This document shows positions 8,805 through 17,739 of a DNA stretch of 42,650 bases, one piece after another. Each line of letters starts with the position of its first letter. The first letter of the stretch is position 1. This DNA is from a virus (taxonomy: Duplodnaviria; Caudoviricetes), in the IMG/VR virus record IMGVR_UViG_3300012942_000017, positions 1 to 42,650 of that record, one strand, 5' to 3'. The translations under genes were made by a program, and so were the position numbers. Below the pieces are notes generated by a model. That model ran no database searches. It was not told where the DNA came from and was given only the letters and a program-made list of their open reading frames with translations.

Positions 8805-9204
8805 TACTTGGGATAGGGTTGAGCACCTGCTATAAAGTCATGCTCTTTTATCCGGTAATACTCCGGCCAGGAGTTATCCCCTATCTTTTCCCATATATCA
8901 TGTATTCCTGTAATCGAGAGGTGCCATTCCCACTTACTTTTGAATCACGTTCAATTTTCGTGCTGCTGATACTGGTCGGTACAGGCATGGTATATGGTAC
9001 GGGTGAAAAGTCCCAAAGAACTTTTCAAGCATAAGTTGCCAGCCTCATTCCGCTTGCTGGCACGGCAGTCCACCTCCGTAATACTGCTTCACTCCTATTA
9101 GTCAATTAGATACGCTTTGCCATCAATAATCTGTACCTTCTTTCTTTTTGCATTGGAAAGTTCCCAAATGTCTTTTATCTCTTCGTAAATTTTCACTTTA
9201 ATTG

Positions 9205-9453
9205 TCATAATCCTGCTAATCCTTTTATCGCCCTATTGATTTCATCACGTAGTGTAATGAGCTCTGTGATGGTAGCGTAGTGTAAATATTCCTGTCTTAC
9301 TCCGTTTCCCTCCCCATTAGCGTTTATAGTTGCCGTAATTCTTGTAGGGTCTACCTTTGTATCAATCCACACTTCCGCGGCACTGTGGCCCTCGCTTACA
9401 TCAACAGTTATCTCAAGTGGTTGACCACCAAAACCATCTTTAATTATCGTCAT
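9205..9453 (-). CDS. Hypothetical protein
   Basis: Likely start is the ATG at 9453, after GGGGAG. Confidence 0.65.
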   Translation of the reverse strand: MTIIKDGFGGQPLEITVDVSEGHSAAEVWIDTKVDPTRITATINANGEGNGVRQEYLHYATITELITLRDEINRAIKGLAGL

Positions 9454-9454
9454 A

Positions 9455-9658
9455 CTATTCTCCCCAGAATTGCCATGGAGCACGTTCAAGATCAAGCGTA
9501 GTGTTATCACTTGCATGAATGTACCATGATCGTGCGCTTTGGTATTGTGGGGCTCGTGAGCGTACCCCGTTATAAACTGCGTTCATTGTTGCTACTCCTA
9601 CCAATAGAATGGTAACAAACAGCAATGCGAGCAATCCGAATCGTTTTAATTCCGCCAT
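9455..9658 (-). CDS. Small membrane protein
   Basis: Hydrophobic segment FGLLALLFVTILLVGVA; AAGGAG RBS. Confidence 0.65.
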   Translation of the reverse strand: MAELKRFGLLALLFVTILLVGVATMNAVYNGVRSRAPQYQSARSWYIHASDNTTLDLERAPWQFWGE

Positions 9659-9754
9659 TGTATTGTCTCCTTATTTATAATCGCCGAATATCCAGCGTTT
9701 ACCGTTATTGTCGTATTCCATTATTTGCCCTCCTTATTTGCTTGCGTGATATAA

Positions 9755-10030
9755 TTAGCGACCCATTACAAGGTGATTAAGTTGGTATGATTTGAACTCG
9801 TTAAGCTTAAAATTTGCCCACACTTTTAGCCCGTTCTCAAATGAAAACTCGCTGCTTTTCTCGGTGTTGTCGGCCAGCCAATAGTCAGGTGTAGTCCATT
9901 CATGCTTGCCGCCAAATTCACCCATGACGATACCAAAAGTGATGATGTCGGTATAAAGCTTCGGCGTGCCCTCTTTGTCTAGTTCATAGTGTTCGGCGAT
10001 CCGTTTTGCGGTTGTGGTTAATCGTTGCAT
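9755..10030 (-). CDS. Hypothetical early protein
   Basis: Start ATG at 10030 follows AAGGGG. Confidence 0.65.
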   Translation of the reverse strand: MQRLTTTAKRIAEHYELDKEGTPKLYTDIITFGIVMGEFGGKHEWTTPDYWLADNTEKSSEFSFENGLKVWANFKLNEFKSYQLNHLVMGR

Positions 10031-10047
10031 TTTACATATCCCCTTTA

Positions 10048-10257
10048 TTACCATGGATAATTTCCACGCCCTTTTACATATTCTTCTTCAACTTCTAGCG
10101 TATCATCTTCAAATGATATTGTTTTATATAGTCTTATATTTATACTACCCTCAGCGTCTAGCACTTTTTGCTTATATTCTTCTTCAGATTCTTTTCTAGT
10201 ATTGTACCATTCGTCCCAGTTATCACCGAACAAATGCCATGATATATATTTTTTCAT
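10048..10257 (-). CDS. Hypothetical acidic early protein
   Basis: 69 aa with an AAGGAG RBS. Confidence 0.7.
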   Translation of the reverse strand: MKKYISWHLFGDNWDEWYNTRKESEEEYKQKVLDAEGSINIRLYKTISFEDDTLEVEEEYVKGRGNYPW

Positions 10258-10269
10258 TATCTATCTCCT

Positions 10270-10347
10270 TTAGTAATTGTTCATATCATCGCTGAAACTG
10301 AGCACAATTGCGCCCAATGATAGTACGATAAGTGTAAATAGTAACAT
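10270..10347 (-). CDS. 25-aa single-transmembrane peptide (not in ORF track)
   Basis: MLLFTLIVLSLGAIVLSFSDDMNNY; AAGGA RBS. Confidence 0.5.
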   Translation of the reverse strand: MLLFTLIVLSLGAIVLSFSDDMNNY

Positions 10348-10395
10348 TTGTTTTTTATCCTTTTTATTTCTTATGCTTGAAAATATATTTGTGAC

Positions 10396-10548
10396 TTATT
10401 TTAGATCATCAGGCATTTGCGCCAGTAGGTCTTGATAAAATATTGTGCCGCTAATGTCCTCATGTAACCAGTATTCTGCTTCTTCTTCGTCTCCGACTAG
10501 ATCAATTGGGTCAACGCCAATCTTGTCGGATAACTCTTGTAATGTCAT
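10396..10548 (-). CDS. 50-aa highly acidic first early protein (not in ORF track)
   Basis: MTLQELSDKIGVDPIDLVGDEEEAEYWLHEDISGTIFYQDLLAQMPDDLK; AAGGAGG RBS. Confidence 0.7.
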   Translation of the reverse strand: MTLQELSDKIGVDPIDLVGDEEEAEYWLHEDISGTIFYQDLLAQMPDDLK

Positions 10549-10687
10549 TGCTTCCTCCTTTTAGTAATATAACCTCACCAGTAATGTGATGAGGCTGTTT
10601 TACTAGACAATCATTTGCTACCTTGCTCAGTCCTTCTTGGTGCCTTCGTGAGTCTTACGGGGCGCAATTTCGCGCGGTGATTGTCTG

Positions 10688-10699
10688 ATTGTTAAGGTG
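10688..10699 (-). promoter_or_regulatory. boxA-like antitermination element
   Basis: CACCTTAACAAT in the early leader resembles boxA (GCTCTTTAACAA). Confidence 0.45.
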
Positions 10700-10780
10700 A
10701 AGGATACTCTCTACTAGCGTTTAGCAGTGAGGCTTCTATTTGCTTAATCAACTGTGCTAAGGTTGTATCCTTATGCTTTT

Positions 10781-10809
10781 ATTGTAGCGTAAGTAGAGAA
10801 TGAAGTCAA
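10781..10809 (-). promoter_or_regulatory. Main leftward (early) sigma70 promoter
   Basis: TTGACT-17 nt-TACAAT. Confidence 0.8.
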
Positions 10810-10836
10810 TAGCATAAGTAGATATTATCGGTAGAG

Positions 10837-10845
10837 TTATCCACA
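10837..10845 (+). promoter_or_regulatory. Consensus DnaA box
   Basis: TTATCCACA in the divergent intergenic region. Confidence 0.5.
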
Positions 10846-11107
10846 GCCCAACAGTAGTAGCATTGTAATTTCGCGCCGGTGATTGTCTGGATATGTGTTG
10901 GCTCTAGTAATGTAGTAGTAGCTGAGCGGTTGGGAGCTGGTAGCGATGGTGTGGAGGGCGAGGGGGGTTACGGCTCATCATCTGCTCCCCCACCCCCATT
11001 ATTTCTGTGCGTTGCACAAAATATGGCTACCTTTCACCCCTGTTACCGCAAACTAAAACGCCATTCCAGCTATACAATACAATAACAAGATGTCAAGTCC
11101 CTCTATA

Positions 11108-11137
11108 TTGCATGGGGGGTACAATGGGTGGTATAGT
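11108..11137 (+). promoter_or_regulatory. Rightward promoter for the packaging genes
   Basis: TTGCAT-18 nt-TATAGT, with a TG extension. Confidence 0.5.
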
Positions 11138-11162
11138 AGGGGGTATACATAAGGAAACAAAA

Positions 11163-11483
11163 ATGCCAAAGAAAACAATTTACATACGAGTTGAAGATTT
11201 ACCTCTATGGGAACAGTGCGAAGATAAGGCTTTACTTGTTCATAATGCTCTTCGTGCTTCTATAAAACCAATTGCTAGACCGATAGCACCTATAGCAAAG
11301 ACTGAGCTTATTCAGACAACCATCCGCAGCAAGCATGAGATTATGCAAGATATTAAGGCTCTTGAAACACAGCGTGACGAGGAACTGGAGTATTGTCAGG
11401 ATAGGGAAACGAAGAAACAGATAGAACAAAGCTACCAGGTTGATCTATCAAGCCTTTGGGAAGAGTATCATGCCACGATATAG
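11163..11483 (+). CDS. Putative ribbon-helix-helix DNA-binding protein
   Basis: AAGGA RBS; the N-terminus MPKKTIYIRVEDLPLWEQ..KALLVHNAL fits a beta-strand plus two helices. Confidence 0.55.
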   Translation: MPKKTIYIRVEDLPLWEQCEDKALLVHNALRASIKPIARPIAPIAKTELIQTTIRSKHEIMQDIKALETQRDEELEYCQDRETKKQIEQSYQVDLSSLWEEYHATI

Positions 11484-12111
11484 GGCGAATTGTAAGGTCT
11501 GCCAGATCGCTCAAAAGGATGCCAAGCTCCGTGTGCGGCTTCGTAAAGCTGCGTTTAATCGTGACGAGGGAGGAGAAACGCTAAAGGACATTGCAATTGA
11601 GTATGGTATGACAACAGCGGCAGTGTACAATCACGCCAAGAAGCATATCCAAGATACCTCTGAGGCTAACGAGAAGCGTCATCAGACGTTAATGATTCGT
11701 AAACAAGCGGAGATACAGGCCAAAGCCCAGAAGGAGTTTGAGCTCGCTCTCAAGCCTGATGAGTTTGAATCCACTGAGCCACGGACAACAGAGATCATGG
11801 CACTCGATGATTACATTGCCCAAGGCTATGATGAGATTAAGAAGGGCACATTGAAGATTACGGCTTCATCATTTCTTGCAGCGGTGAAAATTCGTACTGA
11901 CCAACGGGCGAAATCAGCCAATAACAAGATCGAACTAATAAAAACAATCAATGCTTTTAGGAGCAGTAATGGACGAAAACAAACTACAACAAGTGATTCA
12001 GAAGGGACGCCAGAATCCCGTGGTCTTTATCGAGGAACTTCTGGGAATGAAGCTCCATCGGGGACAGAAGAGGTATCTCCAACGAACCCTGAAACTGAAC
12101 CGCAAGATTAA
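11470..12111 (+). CDS. terS: Terminase small subunit (putative)
   Basis: CxxC plus HTH (ETLKDIAIEYGMTTAAVYNHAKKH), directly upstream of and overlapping terL. Confidence 0.65.
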   Translation: MPRYRANCKVCQIAQKDAKLRVRLRKAAFNRDEGGETLKDIAIEYGMTTAAVYNHAKKHIQDTSEANEKRHQTLMIRKQAEIQAKAQKEFELALKPDEFESTEPRTTEIMALDDYIAQGYDEIKKGTLKITASSFLAAVKIRTDQRAKSANNKIELIKTINAFRSSNGRKQTTTSDSEGTPESRGLYRGTSGNEAPSGTEEVSPTNPETEPQD

Positions 12112-13474
12112 CATCCTTACATGCGCCAACCGATGGGGGAAATCAACCCTTATTGCTTGTCTACAGCTTTGGTATTTATTCTATAAGATTGGTATACAGG
12201 AAAGTGATGGAACACCAGCTGGTGATGCAGCCTGGACGAAGTTTGAATACCGTACTGCTAACATTGCTCCTCACTCAGCCAATACTGAGGCAGTGTTTAA
12301 AACGATTCACCAGATTATGACCAGCAGTTTTGTTGCACTCAATCCCGATACAAAGAAAATGGAGAATAATAACTGTGTGATTGAATGGTGGTATTTAAAA
12401 GATAAAACTCTTAATACTCCTCCGTATAAACAATTCTTCGATGGTAACTCTTACATTGAGCACCGTTCACTTGGTGGAGACCAGGGAGATGCGCTCCAGG
12501 GTAAACCATATGGGTTGATTACTTACGACGAAGGGGGACGATCTCACCACCTTGAGCTAGAGGTAACGGGTGGTATTCTTCCACGTCTGTTTGACTGGCA
12601 GTCCCCACTCCATATTCTCTCTACTCCAGACTCGAACTCGAAGAGCTCTATTTATTACTACCGACTCTATCAAGATGGTATTGCAGGACTCCACTCGACA
12701 TTTACTATGAGTGGTAGTTTGCGGGACAACACCTTCTTTACTGAGAAGCAGATTCAAGATCAATACGATCTCTACGCCGATGACCCACTAAGAGATCAGG
12801 TGCTTGAGGGTAAGTTTGTTTTCGGTGGTGATACAATCTTTGATAATGAATCGATCCTTGATGCGCGTGATGAGACGTTAATCGGAGGTGTAGCACGAGA
12901 AGATGGTCATCGCTATGTTATTGGTATTGATACCGCTATTGGTTCTGATGAAATGGTGTACACTGTTCTTGATATTACCACTCGCCCATTTAAACTCGTT
13001 AAAGAGATTGCAGCGAAAGGAAACTCTAAATCTCCTCAGCTGCATCTATCTGACCTTATTGACCTCATTAACGATTACTGGGATAGAAATGGTAATCTAT
13101 TCATTGTTCTGGAGACGTGGAATGGCGAGAGTATCCGGTTTTATCTTGATCTTCCACCGGAGATTCAGTCAATCACGACACCCTATGGGGCGTGGAAGCC
13201 AGAGACGCTCAAGATTAAAAATGATAACCCTGTCAAACCGAAACCGAATGCAGCAAAGAAAGCAGACATCCTTATCTCACTCAAGAAACTCCTTAGTGCT
13301 CGTGAACTCAAGATTCCAGCCAATAACCAGCGATTGATTGACCAACTCTCTATCTATAGGGAAGACGATTCAAAATTACCAACTGACCGCGTAATGGCAC
13401 TTGCTTTGGCGGTACATAAGTCAACCCAGGTAGAACAGGTCGTAAATATTTCCTGGGAAGACTGGACGTGGTAG
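11969..13474 (+). CDS. terL: Terminase large subunit
   Basis: Walker A ANRWGKS, Walker B ITYDEG, coupling motif LSTP, nuclease IGIDTA and DRVMA; AGGAG RBS before 11969. Confidence 0.93.
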   Translation: MDENKLQQVIQKGRQNPVVFIEELLGMKLHRGQKRYLQRTLKLNRKINILTCANRWGKSTLIACLQLWYLFYKIGIQESDGTPAGDAAWTKFEYRTANIAPHSANTEAVFKTIHQIMTSSFVALNPDTKKMENNNCVIEWWYLKDKTLNTPPYKQFFDGNSYIEHRSLGGDQGDALQGKPYGLITYDEGGRSHHLELEVTGGILPRLFDWQSPLHILSTPDSNSKSSIYYYRLYQDGIAGLHSTFTMSGSLRDNTFFTEKQIQDQYDLYADDPLRDQVLEGKFVFGGDTIFDNESILDARDETLIGGVAREDGHRYVIGIDTAIGSDEMVYTVLDITTRPFKLVKEIAAKGNSKSPQLHLSDLIDLINDYWDRNGNLFIVLETWNGESIRFYLDLPPEIQSITTPYGAWKPETLKIKNDNPVKPKPNAAKKADILISLKKLLSARELKIPANNQRLIDQLSIYREDDSKLPTDRVMALALAVHKSTQVEQVVNISWEDWTW

Positions 13475-13518
13475 CAAAAACGTTTTATAGTTAAAAACAG
13501 ATAGACAAAAACAAAAAT

Positions 13519-15576
13519 ATGAACCCAGATACATCTTCATCAGTACCAGCATCAAGCAATGCTCCGGGAACCATCCCGAACTCGACGCAATCGACTATGC
13601 CAACTGATATAAATACTCAGTTTATTCAAGATGTCCGGAGCAAATTCGCCATGCTACAGCCAGAAATTGCAGAACGCAACATGCGAATTGCTCGCAATGA
13701 CCAATTCATTTATGGGGATAAGCTCAAGAAATCACTCAATATCCCCCTAGGACACGATTTAACAGAGGTGAACTGGCTACGTCGAGCTGTTGAGATCCAT
13801 CGCTCTCAGTTTATGGGACGAGGATTTGCTGTTGACTCTTCTTATCAGGCTCTTGATCCGCAAAATGCTGCCGATGACCAAGACAAACAACGCATTCAGA
13901 TTGAGAATGAAAAGGCAAAAGGTTTCGCTGCTATGCGCCGTGAGATTATTGAGAGCATTATTCGTGACAATGATGCTGATTCCTTCTGGGCAAGTGCCGC
14001 TGAGAACGCAAGTGCTGTTGGTGATACAGTCATTAAGGGTTGGTATGACGAAGAAAAGGGCAAATACTGCCTGGAGATAGTCGAATCTATTGAGAACTTC
14101 TACTCTCTCTGGAATAAAGATAACTACCGTCATCACGATGCTGTTGGATACATCTATCAAATCACAAAACAGAATGCTATTGATTGGTATGGAGTATCTC
14201 AAGATGTTCAGCTCAGCCCGCTAGGTAGCCCGCTCAGTGTTTTAGTAGCAGGACAGGTTTTTCAGTATATGTCAATGCAGCCGATGGTCACCATTATGGA
14301 GATTACAGGAAAAATTGAAGGATGGGCAAGCAAAAATGGACGTCTATACCGCGTTAATCCGGGCAAAGAGACGAAAGTAAACGCTATTATCGTTGGTGAT
14401 ACCCTGTATCAGCTCATTGACTCACCAAAATACATGCCACATTACTATATCCTTCCTAATAAACATGCTCGTCGTCGTCCTTGGGGCTTACCAGACATTT
14501 CTGAGGCAGCTATTCAGATCAACTTGACCTATATTGAGGCACTTTCTGACTGGCGTACAGTTGCGAGTAAGGTAAACTTCCCGAAGTTCAAGGGAATTGG
14601 GTTTGCTCCAGGTGTTCAACCGCCGAAACCTCGTTCTCGTACCGTCGAAGTGCTCCCTCTAGCGGACGGCCAGGACATTCAACCTATTTCAATGAGCCAA
14701 TCGGCAGAACTTGCCGCTCCAGATTTCCGAAATCAATTATCAGAGATGGAAAATCAGTTTGTTCGTGAGGTAGGTATTTCTCGCCAGCTATTCGATATGC
14801 CAGATGGCCCAGATAATTCAAATCCGGCTGCTATTACTGCTATGCGTTCTATTTCTGACATTACAGCAGCAAAACGAGCTCTTTGGGAGCCGATTCTTAC
14901 CAAGATGTTTAATGATGCACTCGAAACTTTGGCGTACTGGGATGATAGTATTCGCCAAGTTGTTCGAGACTCTAACCCTTGGCACGTAAAGATCAGCTGG
15001 CCTTCTAACCTCAATGCAGACGATCCTACTTACCAGACAATGAAGCTTAACCAATTCAATACGGGTATTCTTTCGTTACAAACACTCCTTGAGGAGATTG
15101 GTTACGACAAACAAGAACTTGATCGAATCCGTGAGGAGATGAATGACCCAGTACTTGCTTCTATCCATGGTCACATGCTTGGCGCTCTTGCTCAAGCGTT
15201 ACTTACACCGCAGGGGCCAGCCGATCCTAAGGTATCTATTAACCTTCGTGGTGACCTTTCTCCAGAACAAGAAGCAAACCTTGCTTACAGCCGTGGGTTT
15301 AACAACGGTCCGTTCGGTCCGACTGCCGCTCCGCAAGGAAATGCTGGTTTAACCGCTGAAGATAACCTCATGAACCAAGGGTACATTACCGGAAAACAGA
15401 ATAGTGGTGGCATGCCGGTCAATAACACTCCGCAGTCTGCTCCACAGGGCGCACCTCTGATTCAGTCAAATGGTCAATCTGGTTCCCAGGGAATTATGAG
15501 TCAGCCCGGTAGTGGTGCAGCTCCAGTAACACCACAAGGAAGCATCAATCAACAGACTCAACAGCAGGGAGGCTAG
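13519..15576 (+). CDS. Portal protein
   Basis: Follows terL; 685 aa, portal-like helical core (PWGLPDI motif) and a long Q/G/P-rich tail. Confidence 0.8.
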   Translation: MNPDTSSSVPASSNAPGTIPNSTQSTMPTDINTQFIQDVRSKFAMLQPEIAERNMRIARNDQFIYGDKLKKSLNIPLGHDLTEVNWLRRAVEIHRSQFMGRGFAVDSSYQALDPQNAADDQDKQRIQIENEKAKGFAAMRREIIESIIRDNDADSFWASAAENASAVGDTVIKGWYDEEKGKYCLEIVESIENFYSLWNKDNYRHHDAVGYIYQITKQNAIDWYGVSQDVQLSPLGSPLSVLVAGQVFQYMSMQPMVTIMEITGKIEGWASKNGRLYRVNPGKETKVNAIIVGDTLYQLIDSPKYMPHYYILPNKHARRRPWGLPDISEAAIQINLTYIEALSDWRTVASKVNFPKFKGIGFAPGVQPPKPRSRTVEVLPLADGQDIQPISMSQSAELAAPDFRNQLSEMENQFVREVGISRQLFDMPDGPDNSNPAAITAMRSISDITAAKRALWEPILTKMFNDALETLAYWDDSIRQVVRDSNPWHVKISWPSNLNADDPTYQTMKLNQFNTGILSLQTLLEEIGYDKQELDRIREEMNDPVLASIHGHMLGALAQALLTPQGPADPKVSINLRGDLSPEQEANLAYSRGFNNGPFGPTAAPQGNAGLTAEDNLMNQGYITGKQNSGGMPVNNTPQSAPQGAPLIQSNGQSGSQGIMSQPGSGAAPVTPQGSINQQTQQQGG

Positions 15577-15579
15577 CAT

Positions 15580-17739
15580 ATGGTATCACTCGGTGGAAAT
15601 CTCGGTAATGTCAATGCTAGCTCACTGGTCAAGTCTGCTCAATCTCTTTCTACACAGATTGATAACTTTGATGATGCTCAGTGGGCATATCAATGGAATG
15701 TATCTTCTAAGACTGATGCTGACTGGGCACAATACCAGAAGTATTTAAACGATCGTATTACTGCCTTGAATAATTCAGGGAGTATTACGAGTGCTTCTCG
15801 TGCCCTGACGCTTCAAACGACACTTACCTCAGCAAACCGATCTTATATATCGGCTTCTATTGATCGTGTATCGCAGCAGATTATGGAAGGCAACGCAACT
15901 GATATGGATAAGTACAATGCGCTGTATCGTTTCTATCAACAATCTATTGATAATGATGACTATGATGAGGCACAGAGTCTTGTCGGACGTCTTGATAGTC
16001 TGTCTCAGCAAATTCAATACAAACAACAGCAAGCAGCTTCTACGGCTCAAGCTCAGGCAAAAGCAGATGCAGAGGCTCAAGCAAAGGGCTATAGCGGTGC
16101 AATTGCCCAGATTAGTGACCTTGTTGATAAGTTGAATGGTGGTTATCAAACTGGCGGTAAGGGATTGACGGAAAAAGACCTTCAGGATGCTAACAAAACG
16201 TTGTCGTCAATGGGTATCCAAATTCCAACTAATACCCAGGCTGACCTTGGCTCCGTTATTGCAGGAGCTCTTGATGCAATGGGAACACTTTACTACCAAC
16301 GATATACAGTTCTTGATGCGGTAGGTGACTCTAGCGCTGCCAGTGCTTATCAAGAAGCAGCTGACATCTATAATGGAAACAAGACTGTTAGTGTCGGTGG
16401 TATCTCATTTAACTATCAGTCAGCCCAATACTACGCCGAGCACCCGAATATGTACATTCAGAAGACGGGTGGCGTAAAGCCTCAACAGATTGGTACTGAT
16501 GCAAATGGTAAACCGATTATTGAAGATCTCCCAACCTACAACTTGACACCTGCCGGAATTATGGGATACCAATACGATTCGAGCGGTACTCCTCAACCAA
16601 TCTTCTCTGATACAACAACAGGTTCTATCAATGACAATACGGACAAAGCTGGTTACAATCAGACCGTTAAAGACCTTCAGAATGCAGGATTTACTATTGT
16701 CGGTAAAGATACTGGAGCGCATGGTGGTATTCTTGTCCAGGCATCTACAAATGATAAAAACAAATTCTTCAGCTCAGCCGTTTCCCAATATGGTCTTGAT
16801 CCTCAAACATCATACATTGCCTACAAGACAGATAGTGGCTACCAATTCGCACCAGTGGTTGACAACAATGGTAATACTCACCTATTTACTATTTCAAAAG
16901 ATCAAAAGAACAACTACGGTGTATACTCAGAAACATACAACTCTTCAACCAATTCAACCAGTTATAACCTTATCGGTTCGACAGGTAACTTCAACACTAT
17001 TTATAATAACCTTACCTCTCACTCTAATACTCCATTTGAAAGGACTGGCGCTGGAGCTGTTGCTAACCTTCTTGGCTACCGCGATGGTAACAGAATTAAC
17101 GTCGCTCCACCAACTCCTCAGCAGATTAAGGATGTTGCTAACCAATACTTTGGCGGCAATGTTTCTCAGGTGCAAAAAACAATCAATGCAACCAACCAAC
17201 TGGCTTCACATATTGCCAATACTCGCGCGACAGCCTCTCCTACTCAACAGAATGTGGCTAATGCTGTTGGAGTTGCTCAGAAACAGGGTGGTCAAGTTGA
17301 CACTTCACCTACGGCTGGTATTCTTACTCCACTAGTAAAGAATGTCCAGGGTGGAGCACTTGCCCCAGTCAACCTTCTAACGCCTTTCTTGATGCCAAAT
17401 GAAGTACAGGCCATTAAACAGCAGTCAGCTGCCAATAACAGTTCGTTAATTGCACAAGGACAGCAACGATCATTGGCGAACCAAAAAGCCGCCCAAGCAA
17501 AAGCCGCAGCAGCAAAGCCAAAAACTCCACAGACAGTTGCTCAACCTAGGGTGGCAGCTGGCGTGCCACTTGGAATTGGTACAATGGGTGCTCCAGTTGC
17601 ACAAACAGCACCAAAACCAAAACCTCAGGCACCAGCAAAGAAACCATCTCAGAGTAATGACAACATCTTTGAATCAGTTGGTCATGCTATTTCGAGTGCC
17701 ATTGGTAATATTGGTAACTTCTTGAAGGGATTGTTCTAA
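15580..17739 (+). CDS. Large virion protein, putative ejection/internal protein
   Basis: Q/A/S/N-rich, with a C-terminal amphipathic helix NIFESVGHAISSAIGNIGNFLKGLF. Confidence 0.5.
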   Translation: MVSLGGNLGNVNASSLVKSAQSLSTQIDNFDDAQWAYQWNVSSKTDADWAQYQKYLNDRITALNNSGSITSASRALTLQTTLTSANRSYISASIDRVSQQIMEGNATDMDKYNALYRFYQQSIDNDDYDEAQSLVGRLDSLSQQIQYKQQQAASTAQAQAKADAEAQAKGYSGAIAQISDLVDKLNGGYQTGGKGLTEKDLQDANKTLSSMGIQIPTNTQADLGSVIAGALDAMGTLYYQRYTVLDAVGDSSAASAYQEAADIYNGNKTVSVGGISFNYQSAQYYAEHPNMYIQKTGGVKPQQIGTDANGKPIIEDLPTYNLTPAGIMGYQYDSSGTPQPIFSDTTTGSINDNTDKAGYNQTVKDLQNAGFTIVGKDTGAHGGILVQASTNDKNKFFSSAVSQYGLDPQTSYIAYKTDSGYQFAPVVDNNGNTHLFTISKDQKNNYGVYSETYNSSTNSTSYNLIGSTGNFNTIYNNLTSHSNTPFERTGAGAVANLLGYRDGNRINVAPPTPQQIKDVANQYFGGNVSQVQKTINATNQLASHIANTRATASPTQQNVANAVGVAQKQGGQVDTSPTAGILTPLVKNVQGGALAPVNLLTPFLMPNEVQAIKQQSAANNSSLIAQGQQRSLANQKAAQAKAAAAKPKTPQTVAQPRVAAGVPLGIGTMGAPVAQTAPKPKPQAPAKKPSQSNDNIFESVGHAISSAIGNIGNFLKGLF

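Noticed and set aside
8845-8885. Twister ribozyme resemblance (UAAC...CCGG...CCGGAUAAAAG on the minus strand)
   Set aside because: It lacks the conserved loop sequence and the pseudoknot partners.
9030-9200. TGA read-through or alternative genetic code
   Set aside because: Genes elsewhere are intact in code 11, with TGA and TAG used as real stops in coupled overlaps.
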